Below are positions 13,721 through 31,707 of a stretch of DNA of 64,000 nucleotides, one piece after another. The position numbers were made by a program, and so were the translations under genes. Source of the DNA: Eledone cirrhosa (taxonomy: Eukaryota); NCBI GenBank assembly GCA_964016885.1, contig OZ024740.1, positions 329,840,001-329,904,000 of the forward strand, written 5' to 3'. The stretch's first letter is position 1. Every line of letters begins with the position of its first letter. The notes beneath the pieces were generated by a model. The model searched no databases. It saw only the letters and a list, made by a program, of their open reading frames with translations, and was not told the origin of the DNA.

Positions 13721-14229
13721 TTTTTTCAATATCTCTTTCACATAACCTATTTAACCCTTCTCCATTCTTCGCTGGAAGAAATCGGCTGTATACAGAAGTG
13801 AATAGGATATCCGCTAGGCTTAATGAACATGCCCAGGAAACGCTATTTTGACTCTATAACTACAGCAGATCTTATGGGTATAAACCGAAAGATCATCTAA
13901 TTAAACCACCTGAAATATAAAATGAAGATAATATGAGATCGAAAACGCAACAGCCGATACCAAATTGTTTTACATTTAGAAACATTTCAATTCAACCCAG
14001 TTCAAAGGCAATACGAATGATTCATTTAAGGTTTACAACATTATTGTTCCTTCGATATTATTGTACACAATAGAAAATTGCAATATGTAAATTATTTGAC
14101 CTATCCAATCTTTTCTCTTTGAAAAATTCTAGAAAACTGGGAAATACACATCACAGAAATTTCCTTAATACATGACAAAATGAAAATGAAAACACTCATG
14201 CAAAACACACACACATCTATCTATCTATC

Positions 14230-14264
<35 letters not shown>

Positions 14265-14270
14265 CTCTCC

Positions 14271-14340
<70 letters not shown>

Positions 14341-15099
14341 TTATCTATGTTTATATATGTGTGTGTATGATTCAGACTGTATCCTTGAGATTATACCTGC
14401 AGGAATTATGTTAGATGTTATTTCCTATTGATTATATGAATTAAATATTTTCAGCAATATTTCCTGAATTGTGATAATTTATTAAACTCAGTACATACAT
14501 GCTAACATGAAAGTAAATTTATATTTAATTAAATTCAGATACATTATATAACAATATTTATAAATCATGTAATGCTCTAATCCGCTACTCAAATTTCAAT
14601 ACCTATGAAGATTAAACAAATACACATATATACATTATTATATCATTTATTACATCATGCATACCAAGCAAATTGCCATAAACCTTTTTCTTCTACAAAA
14701 TGTGCTTCGACATGCATAGCGTTATATGTTAATATCTTTATAATAGTCCATAGAGACATTTATACGCACTAGAAATACCGTACTCGGAGCTGTTTTTCTG
14801 CTGTTAATGTATAATAGTGCCAAACACTACGTGCTAAGCTATAATATGAAATAGTCCAAGGTTAAAAGAACACAATCAGAGAGAATAATTACAAAACCTC
14901 GTCATATCTCTACGTTTGTGGTTAGATAAAAAGTGTCTTCAGATACGAGGTTTTAATTCCTCACCAGGAATCAGTGAAGTTTGGAGAGAGAAAATGCTGT
15001 AAAGATGTAAAACAATGTAATTATTCAACATGGATATGATAACCTGGCTATAAGATACACTTATTTAAGGCAATGCTTAGGCATGCTACATGAGATTTA

Positions 15100-17345
15100 A
15101 ATTTCACACGTTCATGAGGTGGAAAGACCTGTTCGGAAAATAATATGTTCAGCCCAATTAAAGGCTGCAAGAACTGTCAATGGGTCTGCAATCTTTCCTG
15201 GGAGTCGTTGGGTGGAAACACAAAGGTTACATATTCCTAGATACCAAGGAGTGTTTGGAAGAGTACTGATTTTGAAAATTGGTTATTGGAAAGTTACAAT
15301 ATTTAGAGGCTTGGTGCAAGAAATATTGGAGAAGGCCAGATGTTACCGGATAGATATAGTTGGGCTCACCTCCACAAATATCCATGGCTCTGCTACTGTA
15401 TATTTTGACGGAGGATGAAAATTCCACTATACAGGTGAGACACCTGCAATGACTGCCCATGCGGGAGTGGAGATGATCACAATCTCCCCACTGCCAGAAT
15501 GTGTTTTAGACTGGTTCCTATTGGGAGGTAGGATTTGCCTCTTGAAGCTTTTACGCCAAACAAAGAGCCCGAATACAGTTTCTGATTTGAAATCACTGTT
15601 GTGTTAGATGTACTTATATCTGAGTCATATATCCGAATGGGAGAATTTAATACATATGTGGGCTCAGAACACTTGATATGGAAAGGAATGATTGGAAGGA
15701 AAGGCGATCCCTATCTAAATATGTATACAGGAGCCTCACCATACTTCGGTACTAGCAATGGCCTCTCTGTTATGAAGACCTTGCAGCTCAAATATATATA
15801 TAAATATACATCCTATAGTGTGTCAGAAACAGATATCAATAATTAATATTGCTATTGTTTCTGTTTTCATTGATTCTGTGCTTGCTGTGATTGTAAGAGA
15901 GGTGCTGTGTTCTCAACTGATCACCATCTAGTTATCTGCAACATGAGACTATCTAATGTCAAGAAATCCCATACAACTGGTAGGTCCAGTTCGGCCTACA
16001 GTTTAAGGTGGGAGGCACTGATGTATAAGGAAGTCGTGCCTAAGTGTGCTGATACTATTGCCTCAACATTCAGAGAACTACCATAGAAAACTAAAGACGT
16101 TGGAACGGAGTGGGAAACATTCAGAACGGGAGTTTCTCCATCAGCTGCAGGCGAATGGAGCAAGGTGTGACGCCAGGTAGAGGAAGGACATGATGGTTCA
16201 ATCAAGGCTTCAACAATGGCATTCGAGTGAAGAAATAGGCTTACACATATTTGGAAATAAGTCCTCCTTCTTTCGTGTGCGGTACAAGCAGGCAGGGATT
16301 GTAATAGCAAAGACCGTAAAGGCGTCCAAATTTAAGTTTATGGAGCCCTTTGAGTTTAAGCTGGAATTCGAATTCAGAAAATTAAATAAAGTAATCTGGC
16401 AGATCATCCACCGACTTCGTGATAATTAGACTTCCTCTTTGCCAGCTACTAGGAACGCATCTGGATTACTCCTCTATTTAAAGGGCTGCCGGCTCGCCTG
16501 TTTTAGAGATTAATTTGCCAATCTCTTGAACTGAATTACAATAGCATCTCATGTATACGAAATAAATCTGGTAGTAATAACTGAAATTTCTATGGCTGAG
16601 GTCCCAAGAGGAATTAATGTGCTCAAATAGGGCTTGGTCGTTGGTTAAAATAGAATTTGACCTGATATGTTAAAAGCTAAAAATCAAGAATGTATTCTCT
16701 GACTGAACCATGTGTGCTAGATGGTCTAGATCCATGGAAAGGCACATAAGCAATGGCAATATGGAATGTTAGTTCCAATTTACAAAAAGGGAGAAAAAAA
16801 ATATTGCTCTAATTATATAGCGACCTGTTTATTAAGCCTCCCCAGTAAAAACTGTGTTAACTGCGACAAGTCATTTTGAAATCGTGACAGTATTGCAAGA
16901 ATGCGAATGCTTGTTTCGAATAACTCAAAAAGGCATATAACTGCTCTGCATGGGACCTGTTGTGGAAGGTTCTGCAGGCGTGTGGAATCGATGAACAGCT
17001 TCCTGTTCTCTGCTATCTCTATAAGCATGTTCTAATATTTGTGTCGGTATAAATGGTTCAAAGTCGAAATATTCAGAATGGAGAAGGCGTTTCCCCGGAG
17101 GAGGGCAACGGAGACGCGCTGGAAAAGCCACTCCAACTCGCGGAGCTCACACCTGCGGCTGGCCAGCTCAGCGCCTACGGTTGTGAGTAAGGAGGTAGCC
17201 CTGGGGCCGAGGACACCAGAAGTCTCCACTCTCATGGGTACGACCGCAAACCTGTCGGAGAACGACCGAATATTTTGTCATTAGAAGTAGGGAGTGACGT
17301 GTAAAAGCCAAACTCGCTATATCGAATTCATTTTGTGTGGCGACT
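15100..17345 (+). mobile_element. RTE-group LINE (APE endonuclease plus start of RT), heavily decayed
   Basis: LKIGYWKV..IDIVGLTST, MGEFNTYVG (GDFN), STDHHLV, VPIYKKGE..CSNY motifs with many stops and frameshifts. Confidence 0.8.
17055..17275 (-). mobile_element. CRE-like non-LTR retrotransposon C-terminal (restriction-like endonuclease) fragment nested in the RTE
   Basis: VETSGVLGPRATSLLTTVGAELASRRCELRELEWLFQRVSVALLRGNAFSIL matches the ExxGxxG...LxQRxSxAxxRGNA C-terminus; abrupt rise in GC. Confidence 0.7.
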
Positions 17346-17362
17346 AAAGCACACACACATAC

Positions 17363-17406
<44 letters not shown>

Positions 17407-17591
17407 GGAAGCAGAAAATTGCGTATTGTGATCCAGTTCGTGGTTAAGAAAGCCAGTTTAATGGATGGTTTCAACGTACGGTTAGGGGTAACTCCACAAG
17501 TTTGTAAGAATTCCGTTCAGTCTTGTAGTATTAAGTATAAGGTATAAAAGAGAAAACACAGGTAAACATTAAGAGAAGGATTTTATCCAGG

Positions 17592-17693
17592 TATTTACGA
17601 CCGTTTCATTGGTAAGTGCAACCTTATATTGCCATACTGCAAACAGCAGCCACTCAATTATAATTGTTGCTCACCATACACATTTTCAAAATA
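17592..17693 (-). ncRNA. Hammerhead motif, U3-A8 variant with long branched stem II
   Basis: tatt-TTGAAAA-tgtgta TGGTGAG CAAC...GTTG ca CTTACCA at-GAAA-C ggtc G-TA-aata; second copy at 22818-22919 (+). Confidence 0.55.
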
Positions 17694-18270
17694 GTGAGTA
17701 AGTTACTCTTGAAATAGTTCTTAATATATGGAGAAAAATATTTTTTTGGAATTGTATTTACTAGTATATAGAGAGAGGAATTAGAAGGTGAGGGGACAAA
17801 CGGAATAGTATAGAGAGAGAGGAAGGGGTAGAGTTAGGATGTAGAGTGACAAACTGAGATGGAGGGAGGGGTAGAGGTGGGAGGATTCCTTGATCAGTGT
17901 TGATATGTAGACTCCATGTCGTGGAATTTAGTGAGTTAAAGAGAAATAAATTGATCATAGTGGGAGGGATGGATAGAGAGGGGGGGGATATAAAGAGATA
18001 AATATATATATAAAAAATAAAGATAAAGATAATAATGACAAAAATAAAAGCAAAGATGGGGTAGAAAGAAGAAAAGAAAAGATAGCCAAAAATGGGAGGG
18101 AAGGAAGGAAAAAAACGAAGAAATAGAAGGTGAATGAAGGAGAAGGGAGGGATATAGGTATTGGTTTCTGTTGGTACTTAAAAGGGTTTAGATACAACAA
18201 GAGGGTATAAAGTCTAAGTATATGTAGTTTGTCAGTTGGTAGTAAGAGGTTAAGGGTTCTATTTGCACTT

Positions 18271-19662
18271 TTAGTGCGAACACTTCTCTTTGAGTCTATG
18301 GTTACAATAAATTGATCTCTCGATTTTATTGTTGAGTAACTTATGCTCCGATCTCAAAATGTGGAACAGCTCAAGGTCACATAATCGACAGCTTCTCATA
18401 CCGCTCCGATATGGGGGCGCGTTCGATAATTTTTTCCACTTCAGGGTGTATTGATGGTTACTTTCCCTCAGTTGCCAGGTCTTGTTTGCAAGGGTAGTTA
18501 CATAACGATGCTGGGAATGTTTCATTGCGTAACGGTGCTTATACCAACGGGCTTTAAATGTATTCGCAGTCGCTCCGATGTAATACCATTTCTGGTTGTC
18601 TGATTCCACTGTGCATTGGTAAACCAGGTTAGACTGCATACATTCGTTATGTAATGGACAGTTTTCAGGTAGGTGGTAGTTACAATTGTTGTCATGGGCA
18701 ACTTTGGCATTAGTGGTGGGCTGCCATGCCTGTACAAGTGTGTTACGTTTTGTTTGCCTATTAGTGGGTGGTTGTGTATTAGATATTCTGTTGTGTTCAA
18801 TGGTGATTGTATTGTTATTGTTGTAAATTTGTGTTCTGGTGTTGTTATGTATCTTTTTAGCGTTAAGCATCTTAATGTATGCCTCTGTATTTGGTGCCGT
18901 GGAGTAAGATAGTCTAATAGATTTAGTGTTAAGTATTTTGCTGTATCTGTGTGAATCTGGAAAGTGCTTATTTATTATTCTAAAGAAGGTAGAGGGTAGG
19001 TTAGTACTAATAGAGGTGTTAAATATGGGGTTATACCAAATATATTTTCTACTGCGTGACTTGTTTGATTTCGATGTTGTATTTCTATTTACCGTATACT
19101 TTGTAGTTCTATGCGTAAGTGCATGTGTGCGTGTGCTTCTGGAGTTTGTGTTATGCGTGTTCGTGTGCGCTTTACGGAGGCTTTCATCTATATATTGCTC
19201 TCTATCTAAGTGGCCTGCATTGTCTGATGCGGTATTGTAGTACTCTGTATGTTCATGGAAGAATTGTCGGTTAGACGAGAGGCAGGAGATCCTAAGGGAT
19301 ATACAGCGTGGAATGGATTTAATGATGGATAGAAGGTGGTTTGAGTTACACTTGATGTATGCTAAGTTTTCATTAATCTTGTGAAAAGGTCTTATAAGTC
19401 CCGTATTTAGGTTAAGCGTCCCGTCTAGAAAGTTAACTGTTTTAGTGCTATACTCATACGTTATACTATGGCCTAGTTTCCCGAGAGTCTTTCTAATATT
19501 CTTACGGAGTCTTTCTATGCTCTGGTTATTTAGGTTCTTAACTAGGAGAAGGGCGTCGTCACTGTAGATTCCACCGTGAAGGTCGCTAAACTCACTCTGT
19601 AAACCATGGACTATGTAAATACTTACTAAATCTGTGACTTGTGCCGAGTCGTTAGCCCCCAT
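18271..19662 (-). pseudogene. PLE RT C-half plus GIY-YIG endonuclease (463-aa open segment)
   Basis: MGANDSAQVTDLV, GIYSDD (mutated YRDD), FLD, WYNP, CNYHLPENCPLHNEC, VYQC..YIGAT, CRLC, CNHR. Confidence 0.9.
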
Positions 19663-19810
19663 CGTGTTGTCAATGTTATTTAATCTATCCTTACCTTCCC
19701 AATAGGCATTTTCAATTCAATTATTGTTTTACTACCAGCTAATATGATTTTTATCTCGTCGTCTGTTAGGTCAGAATTGGCTTTGGCGAATGCTACGGCT
19801 TTATCCAAGG

Positions 19811-23103
<3,293 letters not shown>

Positions 23104-23109
23104 ATATAT

Positions 23110-24667
23110 AGTAATAATAATACATTTGAAGACTAAAATCCAAAGAGTGCTATATAAGGAGATAACTATATATCAAATATATAAGAACCGTAGAGTAAAT
23201 AGTTATTAAAATAACAGATTAAAGTTTAAGCAAAAAATCGCTGCTTTCACCCTTAACGGGATCTTCTGAAACTAAAAAAATCAATCTGTGAACGCAGAAC
23301 TAAATATTCATAAAAACGTTGCAACCGAAGGAAGACAGGAAAGCGATACTTTGGTTCGTCGAAAAGTTCCCTGGCAAATAACGAAAATAAACGAAGGTAA
23401 TACGTCATTATTTGGAGCGGTGGAAATAATTACACGCAAAGACAAAACCATGTTTATGGTATAAAGCAGGTCGTAGACTAATATTCTATTAGGTGGTTCG
23501 TGGAGACGTTCCCTGGTAATGAACGGAGAAAACGAAGATAATACGTCATCGTGTGTAGCAAGAAAACAAATACACGCAAAGACAAAACCACGTTTATGGT
23601 ATACCGGAAGTCGTAGAGTTAAATTCTATTCAGGAAACCGTATCATTCTCGGTTTCAGAGTTCAGAATAATGTAAATAAATTTCAGAGGTTATTGAAATC
23701 AACAATAATTAAATATATACATGCACGCATCCATATACGTACATACACATGCATACGCGAAAACGCCCGCCGGGAGTATGCAAATAAAGGCATGTACACA
23801 AAAACACGCGCACACATACACAAACCCAAGCAACGCCTGTACAGGCACTCGTAAGAACGTATACACCAAATACACATAAAACATAAATAAAAAACATATA
23901 TACACATGTGTGTGCGTGTGTGCGCATATAATTATATAAACGTATATACACACATAAATACGTATATAACGCACCCACACACACACCTACATGTAAATAC
24001 ACATATGTTCGCTAAACGCACGTCAACCAAAACACAAAGTACACATATACACACGCACCCTACATACTTGCAAACCCTCATACACACACAAATGTATTTC
24101 TTCTCTAGCTCCACACCATGACGTTTTATCTTCGTTTTTTTTCGTTCATTGCCAGGGAACGTCTCCACGAATCACCTAATATTAGAATATTAATCTACGA
24201 CTTCATTCATACCATAAACGTTGTTTTGTCTTTGCGTGTAAGTGTTGTTACCGCTCCAAATAATTGTTTCTACGTTTGGCACAAGACCAGAAATTACCCA
24301 GTGCATTACTGGTACTTAATTTTACCGACCCCGTAAGGATGAAAGGCAGAGTTAACCTCGACAGGATTTGAACTCAGACCGTAATGGGACGTAACTATGC
24401 TGGAAAGCATGGTGTCCGACCCTCTACCGATACTGCCGATTAACCGCTCCGAATAATGACGTATTATCTTCGTTTTTTTTTCTTTCTTTGCCAGGGAACG
24501 TTTCCACGTACCAAAGTATCGCTTTCCTGTCTTCCTTCGGTTGCAACATTTTTATAAAGATTTAGTTCTGCGTTCACAGATTGATTTTTTTTTAGTTTCA
24601 GAAGATCCCGTTAAGGGTGAATGCAGCGATTCTTTGCTTAAACTTTAATCTGTTATATTAATAAATA
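23110..24667. mobile_element. Head-to-head pair of family B pLTRs; HHRs at 23223-23273 (-) and 24594-24644 (+)
   Basis: Left arm 23110-24100 (-) and right arm ~24115-24667 (+) both match 50560-51447; (TA)n on both sides. Confidence 0.9.
24265..24446 (-). mobile_element. tRNA-SINE inserted in the pLTR, with target-site duplication
   Basis: Same sequence as 46159-46341; flanked by ctccaaataat / ctccgaataat. Confidence 0.88.
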
Positions 24668-25377
24668 TATATATATATACAAATACAGATTCAGCGAGAA
24701 TCGCATTTCGGCGGGCAGGAATAGCGAAGCGAAACACAAAAATCAGAAATGATACTGGCAAAGTGCTCAATAGTTAAAAACCAGAGCTAAACAATGTGTT
24801 AAGAAGCCATATAAAACTGAAAATGTTGTCAAGAAGGCATTGACCACCCAAGCCAAAAACCAAATCAAGCTAAACAGGTCAAAACAAAATAAATCATAAA
24901 CAATAAATGATAACCAGACCTGGACTCCCGGAATAGCTGTTAAAATCCGATGTAGAGTTTCTGTGACACCTAAATAAAAATACAGTCTGCTTAAAAATAT
25001 AAGCTTTGGGTATAATGATCGAACAAGGAATATCACGTTATCAACAGGTATTTCGCTCTGTACCAAATAAATGAATGACACGGTGGTAAGTTAAACCACG
25101 TGTGAAAATCACAAGGGGAATAACCCCAGATTTAGGCAAAGTAATTCAGTAGGTGTAAATCATGCAAAAAATTGCATAAATAACACAAATCGAATAAGTT
25201 CTCAACCGAGTGGTTTTAAAATAAACTTATACAATTAACCTGTCAATAGTTAATTGTAAGACACGGGAGATTAATACAAATAAAAAAAAATTAAAAAAAA
25301 AATATATATATATATAAATGAAAGGTATAGAAATTGTTGTAGCGAGAAGCTAACAGTATTCCATAACATATATGCGA

Positions 25378-25416
<39 letters not shown>

Positions 25417-25426
25417 TGTGTTTATA

Positions 25427-25677
25427 CAGGTTGACCCAAAAGTTCTGTCACAAAAGGTAAACAAAATATTTCAGCAAAATCTGAACCAGTTTACCAGTAA
25501 ACTTCCACACTAGTATTTAACATTCTCAGCAATGTTAGTGCAAAAGAAAAATATCAATAAATTCATCTCGTGTCCTTGAATTCAGCCGTACGTCTAACAG
25601 ACACTGCTTCAACAGCAGCACGCAAGATTTCTAGTGGTATTTTATCACATCCACGCTGCAGACATCTTTTCAAAGCG
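25427..25677 (-). mobile_element. Tc1/mariner DNA transposon 3' remnant
   Basis: TA|caggttgacccaaaagttctgtcaca TIR-like end; [27 protein letters not shown] resembles a Tc1 transposase C-terminus. Confidence 0.65.
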
Positions 25678-25683
25678 CGCGCA

Positions 25684-25813
<130 letters not shown>

Positions 25814-25821
25814 CATATATA

Positions 25822-26050
25822 ATAAATGTAATCTGAGTTTTTCGAATATTAATAATAACATTCGATTCGTTTGGAATGTTTGCAGACAAGCCTCAATTTT
25901 ATAGCCATGTCAGTAGAATGAACACTTCTTGCTCTTGTCTTGGCATGCGAACATAACTGCAGACACTAACGAATCGAATGTTATTATTAATATTCGGAAA
26001 ACTCAGATTACATTTATCGTATTCAGCGATGTAGAGCGATATTTTCTTTA
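25822..26050. mobile_element. Palindromic pLTR mini-element, family D (second copy)
   Basis: 25822-25871 is inverted relative to 25968-26018; the left arm breaks inside HHR loop III (gcagacactaa). Confidence 0.85.
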
Positions 26051-26663
26051 TATAAATATATATATATATATGAATAAATATACAGGGTGTGTATGATTGT
26101 GTATAGAATTTCATATTAATAAAAGTCCAGCTTTGTCTGATTTACTCGTTTTATTTACAATCCTTTAACATTATAATAATATTATAATGAAATAGTATGG
26201 TAGAATATTAAGTGTTAAATGTTAATTGAACAATTACTTTGATGCTTTAGCAATCTTCAGGTTTATATTCAGTGGTAACAGTCAAGTTTGCAATTTGGAA
26301 ATATACATATATATGTGTATGTGTAGATATATATATATATATTTATATGTGTATGTAGGGAGAGATGTGTGTATTTATACATCAATATTGAGTACGTGTG
26401 TGTTTGTGTGCCTGTGTGTGCGCATATGTGAGCAAAAGATCGCATGTATATGTGATTTTTGCATTTCCATGTAGACGCATATATACTTATGTGTTAATGT
26501 ATAAGTTTACGTACTATTACGTATATGCGTGAGTTTGTGTATGTTTATGTATTTGGATATTTATATATTTTCCCCCTCAATTTATGCCCGTTATTTAATT
26601 TCAGCCTCACTTTCATTTATCCTTAACTCTGTTTTCAAATCCATATCCCATTCAATAATAAAC

Positions 26664-26725
26664 TTATTCTGATGAATGAAGACAGACTTAAGTGTCAAGC
26701 TCTTCAAGAAACCATCGGTAAATGA
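26664..26725 (+). ncRNA. Type I hammerhead ribozyme in a pLTR-like remnant
   Basis: ttatt-CTGATGA-a TGAAGA..TCTTCA a-GAAA-CC atc GG-TA-aatga. Confidence 0.75.
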
Positions 26726-26905
26726 ATTAATCATGATGTATTGTTTATTACATAACTATATCTATATGCATATATATTTGCATATGATACCAATATGCAC
26801 ACTACATATGTTAGCAGAAAACCGCGCGCGGGCGGTTTTCTGCTAGTTAATATAATAGAGATATCGACAACTGAGAGATCTGACATCATTCTAGGCGTCG
26901 AAGTC

Positions 26906-26951
<46 letters not shown>

Positions 26952-27007
26952 ACACATACACACAAACACACACACATACACATACACACACAAACACACA
27001 CACACAA

Positions 27008-27350
<343 letters not shown>

Positions 27351-27403
27351 CCAGGAAGAAGATCTTACCGGTTCAAGTTTTTCCTGGATATATATGTATA
27401 TAT

Positions 27404-28013
<610 letters not shown>

Positions 28014-29606
28014 GTTTGTACGTTTGTATGTATATGATTGCTGCTAAAACTACCTCCAGCAAAATCATATATGAACACCTTTTATGTGGGTTCATATACG
28101 CCTGTATTTAGCTGTTAATATATAATAAATCTATATACCATAACATATTATTACTGAGGGGGTATCAATCAAAAATATATGTATATACCTTATCGTTACG
28201 AACATCGTTTATAATAGTAATATTTCAAATCGTAATTATAATTTATACTTATCTGAAATGCTGTGCCACCTTATTCGTTTCTTTAATATTTTGGCAGCTC
28301 TAGTTGGCTTATTTTTTATAAGTATCTGAGCCCCGTCATGTAGTCGTACATATAATTTGTAACATGAAAATTACGAGTACTGTACAACTATATATATATA
28401 TTGCTACACACACATGCGCTGCCAAATGCTAGCATATTTACCGTGTATGCTTATATGTATAATCAACGTATATACAAAATGTGAGAAATATGTTAGAAAT
28501 AAACATATGCACCTGTAGTTTGTTCTTTATAATTTTTCTACAACTACGTCTTTGTCAGTATAATACCATTTACATCTCCAACCATTGCTACAGATTTTTT
28601 TTATTGATTTCGTCTTTAGATATTCTAACAGCATACAAAGATTTGGGTTCGGAAAGGAATCGTTGCCAATTTTTCAGCATGTGAGGGAATCGTCAAACAT
28701 CAATTTTTTCCGAGTATCTCTAAAACAATAACAGTTAGAAAATATCATGATGAAGAACAATACTGTGATGAAAAATATATAAAGATAGAATCATAAAAAA
28801 GAGCATCTTTGTATATCAATGAAGTTATATTGATTTTTATCTTGCCTCTATCCATGAAATGTATTTACTCTATGTCTTCTTTTGATAGGAAAAAATAATC
28901 CTGTGTTATTTACTTTTACGTGTATTGCAGTTGAAATGCTTTACGGGGAAAACCATTTTCCATATTTGTACAGACTGTGGGGATAATTATTATGTACTAT
29001 TTGGGGAAAGCGTGTTAAAACTTTATGCGAAAACTTCCACGAGAGAATGATGTTTGATGAAAATCCAAAAGTATTCGTGAAGCATAATATAATTTTAACT
29101 TTTGCGAAACAACTTATCATATAGTTAGTACAATTCAAATATTTACAAACGTTCAAATCACATTATTTCCATTCTATAAAATTGATTTCAGACGGTTAAA
29201 GTTAATTTTAAATGTTTAATTTTAGAAAATGTTTTGTAAATGCTTATTGTCAAACGCATAAATGTCTAATAGCGTAAAGTACTTCATGGATTCGTGCAAA
29301 GATAAATATTTTCGCCCGGAGAAATCTTGAGACGGCGATCAGTAAATTAGCCCTCGCCTATATCATATGCTCTTTTTCTTTGATACATCTCAAGCCTATT
29401 TATACAAAACGCAAGTAATAAATTCATATACATCTTATCTCTCTTTCTCATCCTCGCCCCACTCTCTATTTATATATATATATATGTATATATATGCACA
29501 CACACACGCATATATATATATAGAGAGAGAGAGACAGAGATAATGTGAGGGAAGGGATACTGTCTCTTTCTATCTCTCTATATATATATGTGTGTGTGCG
29601 TGTGTG

Positions 29607-29706
<100 letters not shown>

Positions 29707-31490
29707 GTGAATTCTGCACCAGGCTGTTCTTTTCGTATATTGTGGTATTTTTTACTACTGATAGTATTAACGCGAAATTCCTGCTCTTCGTGATATAATT
29801 TCCTTCTCACGTGATATGGTTTCTCCTACTTTCGATATGGTGACACCGCGCCATTGGGCATTGTTAGCCTAAGGCTTCCGAAACATTTTCCGGTAAGGTC
29901 TAAATGACAAATCCTCCTACACCACGCGTTGTTCTATTTAAATATTGAACTATTATTTATTACTCGTCACGAAACTACTCGCATATTCCGACTCGTTTCC
30001 TTTTATCTACTTTAATGTTTGTTTTTGCGTTCTCTGCTATATAATCGTGTCGTTATTTCTCCTTTAAAATACACTAAGACTTCTACCATGGAGTGTTATG
30101 GCTGCACAATCAGAAGGGTTTGAACCCTCGAAGTCCACGGCCTTGCAAAACTTCTGAGTTTTGTCTTGTTCATGTTATCAGTTTTTAACATATCATCACT
30201 TATTCGTCCGTACCTCTGCCTACGATTGGTTTTAATTGTAACTGGTGCTTCATATGGAATATATATATGTGAGAGAGTCTGGTGCAAAATAAATAATACG
30301 AAGACAGAGATGCAATAACACAGTGTTTTATTAGATTCACGTTTGTTCTAAAAGGAAAATGCATGTTATGATATATCGGACTTTACTCCATCACTAGGAA
30401 ACAGCAATGGTCGGAGAAGCAGCTTGGAAGATTGATATCACGTTTAATCAGAATGGATATGCTGGGCAGTAAAGTAATTCGGCGTGTGATTATGGGGGAC
30501 GAGCCTGAGATTCTTGATCTATCATTGGTAATGTTATGCGTGTGTATATGTAGTACACTCGAGAAAATGCCTGATCACTCTGTCTGTCTCTCTCTCTCTC
30601 TCGTTATCTTTTTGGCTTACTATTTTCTTCACTCACTCGCTTTCTTGATAATTATATACATCCATACATACCACAGTGATAAACGACTCTCGAATTTAAG
30701 AGGTAGCGAGTTAATTTATTTTCTCCGCCTATAGGGGTATTTTCCCGATATTCTAAGCCATTATTTATAGCAATCGGATGTGTTTACATTTATATACTTC
30801 GAGGTTCCGAAGAGTTATCTACAAAATGGTATTTCAGATTCTCGGGATACGTAATATTTTTTATTCTATCCCTCGCCCAGTCGGATAGGTTACTGTTTCA
30901 TCACCAGATTTGCAGCTTTGGTTGGAGACGGCAATATATTTTTTGAACAGGCCCATCAACCTATGTTGTAAACGTTTCTCTTCATATCCTGCGGGAAGGA
31001 CGATGTCATATGGATGCTTTCTTATAATATTTTATAATTGAAAATCTATGTTATGTATATATATAATATTTTGCATAAGAATGTATATACTATATGTGTG
31101 TATACAAAAACATGTGAAAGCCTCGTTAACAAGGAAAACCATTTATTCTCGTTATGCCCAAAATATTGTTTCTCTCGTTTGCTCAATTAACATGTCAGGG
31201 ATAATTCAGTAGCAGTTGACAAAGGTAGACAGTTGTTTCACGAGTCGTTTATCTCACATCAGAGACAACCATTGAAACGGTACTGACTGATACGAAAATA
31301 TACTAGAGTCTATATAGACTTTGCGTTATGAACATTTGATGGATATAATCATATGCATATGTATTTTTGTATATATACACATTGTTTTATAGAATGTTTG
31401 CATCAGTTAGGATATCTTATGAATACTTAAACTAGAGCAGAAACACCGATACAGTCATACCTATTATATCTATCCATCTATTCTGCTACC

Positions 31491-31705
<215 letters not shown>

Positions 31706-31707
<2 letters not shown>

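Noticed and set aside
24980-25065. TTGATAA-type hammerhead on the minus strand
   Set aside because: It lacks GAAA and the UH site; similar weak remnants near 1060, 11170, 38165 and 40030 were also left uncalled
29800-29930. Possible promoter or first exon (CCAAT, atggcg, cg|gtaag)
   Set aside because: Only short motifs expected by chance, with no supporting ORF
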